Part shown: piece after piece, positions 56,370 through 64,000 of the stretch | How positions within the stretch are numbered: the stretch's first letter is position 1 | How the letters are laid out: each line of letters starts with the position of its first letter | Assembly (NCBI RefSeq): GCF_009914755.1 | Contig: NC_060926.1 | Strand: one strand, 5' to 3' | DNA length: 64,000 nt | DNA from: the human T2T-CHM13v2.0 reference genome, Homo sapiens | Position numbers and translations under genes: made by a program | The notes under the pieces: model-generated | Told to the model about the DNA's origin: nothing | Database searches by the model: none | The model's input: the letters and a program-made list of their open reading frames with translations, nothing else

Positions 56370-57190
56370 TTTCTAATTCAAAATACAACACACTTTTATA
56401 AAAATACACAAAACTAAAATACACTGCTCATTAAAATGTCAAAAAGGATTTGCTTACTTAACCTATATGCAGCTCAAAAAAGAGAACATTGACAATCTTT
56501 TTTGTGCCATCTCCCCCAATCAGTACTCTCTATCTACCTACAATTTCATCAGTGTCAGTCACTGCTTTCTTGATTTTGAACTATTTTTATACCTAAGAAC
56601 ACGTTAAAAATGAGTTTGTTTTTTCTTATTTTGATTTTTATATAGATGGAGTCAGACAATATCTATTATTTTGTGCCTGAACTCATTCATTCAACATTGC
56701 ATTGTAAGAATCACCCATGTATATGTATGTGTGTATAAATGCAGATCATTTTCAGTGTATCTATTATTCTAATATATAACTGTCACACAATATATTTACT
56801 ATTCTACACAAGTTATTTACACAGTTCAGTTGCACCAACTTACATTCATGAGAATAGCTAATAAGAACTCTAATTGTTTCACACCCTCACCAAGTCCTGA
56901 TATTTTTATTGTTTTGTGTTTTAGCCTTATTAAGGCTGTAGTGATATATAATATTATGATTTAGCATTCCATTTCCCTGATTTCCAATAAGGATTATAGC
57001 ATTCAATTCAAAATATTTTATTTCCATTATGAGTATGACTTTGGCCCCTGTGACATTTAAATGTGTATCTTGTTGTTCAAACATCTAGAGATTAAATTGT
57101 AATATTTTGTTATTAATTCAAGCTTAATTAAATTATGATAAGAGAACAGATTGCATGAACTTAATCTCTGACATTTATTAAGACTCAATG
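56370..57190 (-). mobile_element. Old L1ME 3' fragment
   Basis: 'tcattcattcaacattgcattgtaagaatcacccatg', 'gttgcaccaacttacattc', 'ccatttccctgattt'. Confidence 0.6.
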
Positions 57191-57196
57191 GGTCTA

Positions 57197-57990
57197 TGTG
57201 CAGAAAAGAGTTAGCATAGCAGGCCTGAAACTAAATGCACAAAGACCTGTTTGAAAGTTGGCCCTCAGCTGGCATCTGATAACTCAGATATTAAAAGGGT
57301 TCCTATCATAATCAGGACTGATAAAAGTAACTCACTGTGCCTAAAATGTTTGTACAAATTATGTTGTTTATGCTGAAGACTTACTTTACGTATGGGTTCT
57401 ATGGAATTTTGGTATGTATGATGAAGAGGATGCCCGTGTAACCAACCCTTAATGAAAACCCTGGGCATTGAGTCTATAATAAGCTCCCCTGGTAGAGATT
57501 TCAAATGTGTCATTACAATGCAATGCTGGAGGAATTAGGTGTGTCCTGTGTGACTCTACTGGGAAAAGAGTTACAAAATCCTGAGCCTGTTTTTTTCTGG
57601 ATTTTACCCATGCACCTTTTCCCTTTGCTGACTTGCTTTTCTTTTGCAGTAATAAATTATAGCCATAATTAAGACTACATTTTAATTTCTGTGAGTCCTT
57701 TTAGTGAATTGTCAAATCTGGTAGTGGTCTTGGGAACCCCTAGTATAGTAGGGGTCAGAAGTGGAATTTGCTAGAATGACCCTGGTTTACTGAAATATGG
57801 TGAAAACACTGGGAAGAGAAAGGCTCAAGGGTCCAGGGAATGGTAAGCCTTCACTTCCTGAGTGGCTACGGAGCTAGCCATGGTATGAAAATGCTGTTGA
57901 AATTGCTGTCTACTGAGAGATTTAAACATTACCTATGGAATTTGAAAATGATACCTGCAGCTCTATGAGCGTTGGCTTGCTGCACTCTCT
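57197..57990 (+). mobile_element. MER68 LTR (57197-57747) with Leu-type PBS and start of the HERVL68 internal region
   Basis: Start 'tgtgcagaaaagagttagcatagcaggcctga' matches MER68; followed by 'taggggtcagaagtggaat' (cf. TGGTGTCAGAAGTGGGAT, tRNA-Leu). Confidence 0.82.
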
Positions 57991-58292
57991 AGCTGCTTTT
58001 GGCCATCCTGGTTAAAGCGAGGATTAAAGCATGCAGCATCAGTGATTTCTTTCTTTCTCCTCCGAGTAGTAAAAGAAACAGCCTGAATAGTCACAAATGT
58101 GAACTTTGTCTAAAAATGTTAAAATTTTCTATATTCTCTTCTCCAAGTGGGACAAAAACAGCTAAATCCATTTCCAGAGCTGGAACAAAGTGATAGATAA
58201 TTGAGGATAAAGATGGGATGGGGAAGGGGGAATCACAGTCTTGCCACATCTTCAACCTAACTGCCTTTGCTGCAGCAGCCCCACCCTTGCAT

Positions 58293-58849
58293 TGTCAGAG
58301 GTGTTTGAACCAGAGCAACTCCATCTTGAATAGAGGCTGGGTAAAATGAGGCTAAGACTTACTGGGCGGCATTCCAAGACCGTTCGGCATTCTAAGTTAC
58401 AACATGAGATAGGAGGTTGGCACAAGATGCATGTCATAAAGACCTTGCTGATAAAACAGGTTGCAGTAAAGGAGCTACCCAAAGCCTACCAAAACCAAAA
58501 CGGCCACGAGAGTGACCTCTGGTCATCCATCCGCACTGCTACACTACCATCAGCACCATGACAGTTTACAAATGCCAAGGCAACATCAGGAAGTTACCCT
58601 ATATGGTCTAAAAAGGGGAGGAGTGAATAATTAACCACTTGTTTAGCATGCAATGAAGAACTAACCATTAAAATGTGCAACCAGTAGCTCTCGGGGCTGC
58701 TCTGTCTATGGAGTAGCCTTTCTTTTATTCCTTTACTTTCTTAATAAACTTGCTTTTGCTTTGCACTGCGGACATGCCCTGAATTCTTTCTTGCACAGGA
58801 GATCCAAGAACTCTCTTGTGGTCTGGATCCAGTCCTCTTTCCGGTAACA
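58293..58849 (+). mobile_element. MER41A solo LTR
   Basis: 'tgtcagaggtgtttgaaccagagcaactccatcttgaatag' ... 'ctttccggtaaca', 557 bp; 4-bp TSD gcat. Confidence 0.92.
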
Positions 58850-60352
58850 GCATCACAGTTAGATCTCCCCAGCAACTATAATCTTAACGCTATAAATGTG
58901 GAATTTACTGACAGGGGGTTGAATAAATTTGCAATACTTTAGAAAAGGATTTTTTTAAAATTGGCTGTGGATTTTCTGGTTATTTGTATAATAAAAATGG
59001 TTGTAAATGGTATATACTTGTAATTTCATAAATTCTTAGGGGGATCTTCACAATCAGTGAAAGCTGCAAACGAAAGTGATAGTGGGACATAACTTCTTTG
59101 CTTTTTACCACTGATGGGTTGGCTGGAAGTTAAATTCATTAAGCATTTAAAACAAAATACGTCTTTGTAACACATGCTTTTGGCTCTGATTTTACCTAAT
59201 GTTAGGCTCTCTGAATAAAGAAAGATAGCATTAACAAAGAGTCAATATCCAAACTGAGGTGCACTTCTGACATTGTAAACAGTTTTTAGTTGCTAATGAG
59301 CCCTTATAAGTCAGTGATCTGACTCTTACAGGCTGATGATTTTCTCATGTAATGTGCCTATTTTTGAGTGGGTCAATTTGGACTCAGACTAACAAGACAA
59401 AAAAGCTCAAGAAAACCTTGCTTGTCACTCAGACATGAATCGTAGTGTGTGGCCCTATAGCATCACAACTTTACTGCTGCTGAAGAAAATTTGCCAGCTT
59501 TTTAAAGAATCTGAATTTATATACCCTAATTTCCTGGATGTGACTGTAAGCTGAAACCTAGTAATGTCTGTCACACGCTGTTTTGGCCTCAGCACAGGCT
59601 AAGTTGAACTAAAAGCAAGCATCAGCTTAATGAATAGAACTAAAATTCTAAGACTGTTGCAAATTTAAAATTCCCCTCTGTGGGCACATAAACTATGACA
59701 ATATCCTTGTTGTTGACTGGACCATCTGTGCCATGTACAAATGCCCACAAAAAGGGCTCATTCTCTGGTGGGACTATGTAAAATTGAGCTCCTAGTCAAC
59801 TCTATATTTCTGACACTGCTTGTATTTCTATTTCTGATCTGGACTAGAATCTGGAAGTTGGTAGAAAGGGAATCTTCAATCCCCTTTACAGGGAATCTTG
59901 ACCTCCTGAGGGATGCCTCACAAACTGTTGTTGACTTGCGTTTAGCTTTCTGGATCAGTTGTAGATTGCAATGATGAACTGATAGCTTCAGTCTATTTTC
60001 TGTATCTTTCTCTTGGTACACACACATCAGTAAGGAAATTTTACTACTAAATACAACCGTCGCCAGAAAAGTGTGATTGTTTATAGAATGCTCACTAGGT
60101 AAATGGTTATAATAAAAGGTAGGGAAAGTTATGTAAACTAATTTTATTTTTTTTTTTTTACTTCAGGATTTTATCCTAACCAGTTCCTAAACATGATGCA
60201 TCTTTCTGATTAAGTTGTACCGAAATATTTTTTTCTAAGAAAATAGTTTTGCTCATCTTGTATGAAAGTTTTCCAGATGAAACATCTCAGTGAGATTGGG
60301 AACTAATTGAAAAAGTGTGAAGTTATAATTGCTAAAAAGAACAGATTGACTT

Positions 60353-61760
60353 TATAACAACAAGGAAAAACAAAATCTTTGCACCAAGGCAGGCATGGAG
60401 AAGTGGAAAGGCAATGATCTTTGTTTGTCAAAGCTATTACTGGAAGCTTTCTCTACTCCTGAGGAAAAAGAAAAAAAAATCCCGAGTGTTGACTTTCCAT
60501 GCTGCTCTGAGCATTTTGAATGTAACCTACCGCTGAGCCTATGATCACACCTGACTCTGAGACAGCAGGGGGTAGCCCCAGCACTTTCCACACAGAACAT
60601 CCCCAGATGCTTCCACATCTGAAAGGAAGGTGAACTGGTGTCAGGGACAAGTGAAATGTTTAGAACTAACTGCCTCAGGTGGTCCTTCTGAAAGCAAGGA
60701 CTAAACTGAGCGAAGTGAACTGAGAATCCCAGGGTGATAGGCTCCACGGTGAGAAACCACATCAGGGGCCCTGTTAAATTTACTGCCTGACTAATGTTAT
60801 CCCTCTGGAGGAACCCTAACAATTGTAAACTCTGTCATTATGGCGTACCATGTTCCTTCTGGGATTGTGTTTCTCGTGTGTGTATCTATCCTAAGTATCA
60901 TGATACTGCTTCAGTCCTGGAAGGCATTCATATCAGCTTCAACTTACTGGCCAGAGTTAGGCTGTGCCTGAATTCTTGCCTTGAGCCAGGGGGAAAAAAA
61001 CATCATGCAGAAGCTGAAGAAGGCAGTCTCCTAGCTTTTAAAAATAGACTTTTATGGTTAGTGGAATTTGTTTCAACTGAATAAATCTATGACACCTAAT
61101 GTTCCTATGTGAGCTCAACACTTCGGTTTGGTCTCCTTTTGCTACCTGGAGTCTTCCTGCTCATAGTTTTGCAGTAAACATTCCAGATGGCAAGGGGTAG
61201 ACCTTGCAGGTGGATTCTTGGAAGTTCTCATCTGGTTTCCTCTGGACTTTACTCCATATGCCTTTTTCCCTTTGCTGATTTTTCCTGATGCCTATATTTG
61301 TTTACAAGGGCTTTCATAAGAAAATACCACAGTCTGGGTGGATTAAACAACAGAAATTTATTTTCTCATAGTTCTGGAAACTAGAAACATGAGATTAAGA
61401 TGTTAACAGGTCTGGTTTCTCCTGAGGCCTCTCTCATTGGCTTACAGATGTCCACCTTCCTGCTGTGTCCTTGTGTGACTGTTTCTCTGTGTATACATGT
61501 CCCAAGTGTCTCTTTTGTGACCATTTTTGTTTTTTATAAAGACAGCAGTCATATTGGACTAGGGCCTGCCCTAATAGCCTCATTTTCACTTAAGCACCTC
61601 TTTAATGACCCTACTTCTAAATGCCATAACATTCTGAGTAGCGGAGGTTAAGGCTTCAAAATACAAATCTGAGTTGGTGGGGGGACACAACTCAGCCCAT
61701 AGCCGTGAATATAACTCTTTGCTGGGTTCTGTGAGTTCTCTTAGTGAAAAATCAAACCTA
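60353..61760 (+). mobile_element. Old ERVL-type LTR with a MER21/MER68/MER77-like 3' end, interrupted by MLT1B
   Basis: 3' part 'ctggtttcctctggactttactccatatgcctttttccctttgctgatt..ttctgtgagttctcttagtgaa' parallels the MER68 end at 57590-57720; 5' boundary uncertain. Confidence 0.55.
61293..61703 (-). mobile_element. MLT1B-like MaLR LTR
   Basis: 'aaaataccacagtctgggtggattaaacaacagaaatttattttctcatagttctgg' ... 'ggggacacaactcagcccatag'. Confidence 0.85.
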
Positions 61761-62453
61761 GCTAATCATTTTTTTGTAAATGTCCTACGTGGGCTTGGTA
61801 TTTACAAAAAAGCGTTCTCCAATTTTGGGATGCAGCATTCTGTATGTAAATTGTGTTCAGTTTGTTAATTACATTTTTTTCATGATACTTTTTTTATGCA
61901 ACCCTTTTTGGCTTTTTAATTTTAATTTGTTTCTACTGATTTTCTAGCATGTTTTCATTCCTCTTATCATGACTTGTTATTTTGCATTGTGTATCAGACA
62001 TTTAGTTTACAATTTTTTGTAGCAATTCTTTGCAGAAAAGAAAATTTACTTTTTGTCTGGCAAAGTGCCTGGAGACACTAGCAATCTGAAATAAATTAAT
62101 CCAATTTTAAGTTTTAAAATTATTTGAATTGCTTTACAATCTCTGGAAAGGCTGAACTATTTCCAACTAATCTTTAATCCCAGGATGTACCTTTCACAAA
62201 TTCAACATACATTTTATCATCCAAGCAACACAAGGTTGTCAATTGCTTGGATATGTGTCCCAGCCATTGAACTTCCTTTACTCGATTAATTAATCTCCAA
62301 GGAAAAAGTTTCTCAGACTTACTTCTTTGGATTTCCCTTTTACCCTGGATCTTGTTTTAGGAATGCTTCACTAACTCGTAAGCTCTCAGGGTACGCTTTT
62401 ACATTTTATACAGCACTGTTGATCATGCTCAGTGAGTAGATAATTTAAAACTA

Positions 62454-62810
62454 CATGTGGTCCATGAGTTATGATGGTTTCACTTAGGATTTTTCAAATT
62501 TACAATAATGTGAAAGTGATACACACATTCAGTCGAATCTGTACAAGTACCCATACAACCATTCTGTTTTCACTTTAGTACAGTATGTAATAAATTACAT
62601 GAGATAGTAACACTTTATTATAAAATACTCATTGTGTGAGATAACTTTGCCCAACTCTAGGCTAATGTAAGTGTTCTGAGCTCATTTAAGGTAAGCTAGT
62701 CTAAGCAACGGTGTTTGGTAGGTTCGGTGCATTAGACGCATTTTTGGCATATGGTATTTTCAACTTACTATTGGTTTATTGGGATGTCACCCCATCATAA
62801 GAGCCATCTG
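62454..62810 (-). mobile_element. MER47A (TcMar-Tigger MITE)
   Basis: Matches reverse MER47A ('gtacccatacaaccattctgttttcact', 'ttgcccaactctaggctaatgtaagtgttctgagc'); TA dinucleotides on both flanks. Confidence 0.85.
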
Positions 62811-64000
62811 TAGCATAGAATTGGAGGTCTTCTCTATCCTTAATTTATTAATTGTCAGATAATATTATCCCTTTATTTACTTTAAAGATCTATGAGAAGG
62901 GTCAAATTAGACATTTGGGAAAGCCTTTTGAGAGTTCTCTTGTTTACAGCAATGTGTGTTCATATTCCTTTCCTCATTTGATCTGCCCAAGTTAAAGAAA
63001 TTAATCTTCTAGAGGAAGCCTTTTTTATTTTCAAAAAAACCTCATTTTGAGTAAATGAAACATTTATCTACCACAGAAACACTGTGCTGTTACAAAGAGC
63101 TATTTTAGCTTGATTTACTAAAAGATTTCTCATCTGATCTGAGATCTATGTCTTCTTGGAAGATTAAGTCAAGCTTTTTGTCTTTCTGCAAGATGACTAT
63201 AATCTGTTTCTTTCTTAATAAATATCACCATATATGTTCTAATATATTTTATGTGACTATTACATAAAGTATATTTTATGTGAATATTTATACTCTGTAG
63301 TCATCTTCTAAGAAGAAACCATAATGTTTATACATAGAAAACTATAGAGGCTGCTATGACAATCAGCATGTTCATACAGACATTTGCATCCAATGTGTGT
63401 TCCAAATATTCTTAAGTGCCTTCTAAACTGGAAGTTACAAAAAGAAGAAAGAATTAATAATAATAAAAAGTACTCAGCAGTGGTAATAAGGTGTTTTGAA
63501 GGAGATGTAGAAAAGACCAAGTACACAATTTTGAAATAATAAATTTCCAAAAGGACCTCTGCTACCAATAATAAGCATTAAGTTGGGAGAACCCTAGGCC
63601 TCTCCTTGGCTAGCTTAGTTTCTCTTAAGCTTTAGCACCTCTTCTAAATAACCAAACCCATTGTTAAATTATGTTTTCACTGAACTGTATTTAACAGAGT
63701 AACATAATATAATGCTAATGAAGATAAAAGAGATCCTGAAGTTCCCAAGCACAGTAGAGGTATATACTCCTTTCTGTAGTGATGACGGACAACTGAAAAA
63801 TGTTTGTGAAGCCATATTTGTTGATAGAGTGATATTATAATACAATGAAGAAGATTGTTCCTTAAGGGAATCATGTAGGAAGGCCATTGCTAATGGATAT
63901 AATTATCATCTGAAGATACGTAAATTTGAACTTTTATATATTGGAAATTTTTATAAAGGATTATTGTTCCATTGTGCTCATAGTAATATGAGGGTGCGTG

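Noticed and set aside
58293-58849. MER41 as an interferon-inducible STAT1 enhancer
   Set aside because: The tandem GAS (TTCNNNGAA) segment of MER41B is absent after 'aaaaggggagg'; this copy has the MER41A structure
60352-60822. 156-aa minus-strand ORF
   Set aside because: Lies in probable LTR sequence with no recognisable domain or splice context

Overview
AT-rich, CpG-depleted primate (catarrhine, most likely human/ape) genomic DNA. It is intergenic or intronic and dominated by nested interspersed repeats. I can support no intact cellular protein-coding exon, RNA gene or CRISPR array; the listed ORFs are chance frames or decayed retroelement frames. The centrepiece is an old ~9.4 kb ERV1/MER4-group provirus (27726-~37093, +) with two LTRs, a PBS, and decayed gag, protease, RNase H, integrase and an EnvV(ERVV-1/2)-like env. 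It has several odd features: a recent near-perfect higher-order tandem array (T-box/GATA/NFAT-like motifs) only in the 5' LTR, a 900-bp non-coding insert splitting gag, an in-frame loss of the whole RT domain, a MER11 solo LTR in capsid and a trimeric Alu in env. Other elements: a TSD-flanked L1PB with a deletion-inversion-deletion rearrangement, a complete THE1D/MSTA-type MaLR, several L1MA/L1MC/L1ME, L2 and MIR pieces, two ERVL pol remnants, MLT1/MLT2, MER68, MER41A, MER58A and MER47A elements, and 11 Alu insertions. Family names come from recalled consensus sequences and subfamily calls need RepeatMasker/Dfam confirmation. I found no convincing new biological system; the best leads are the LTR motif array and the RT-less provirus.
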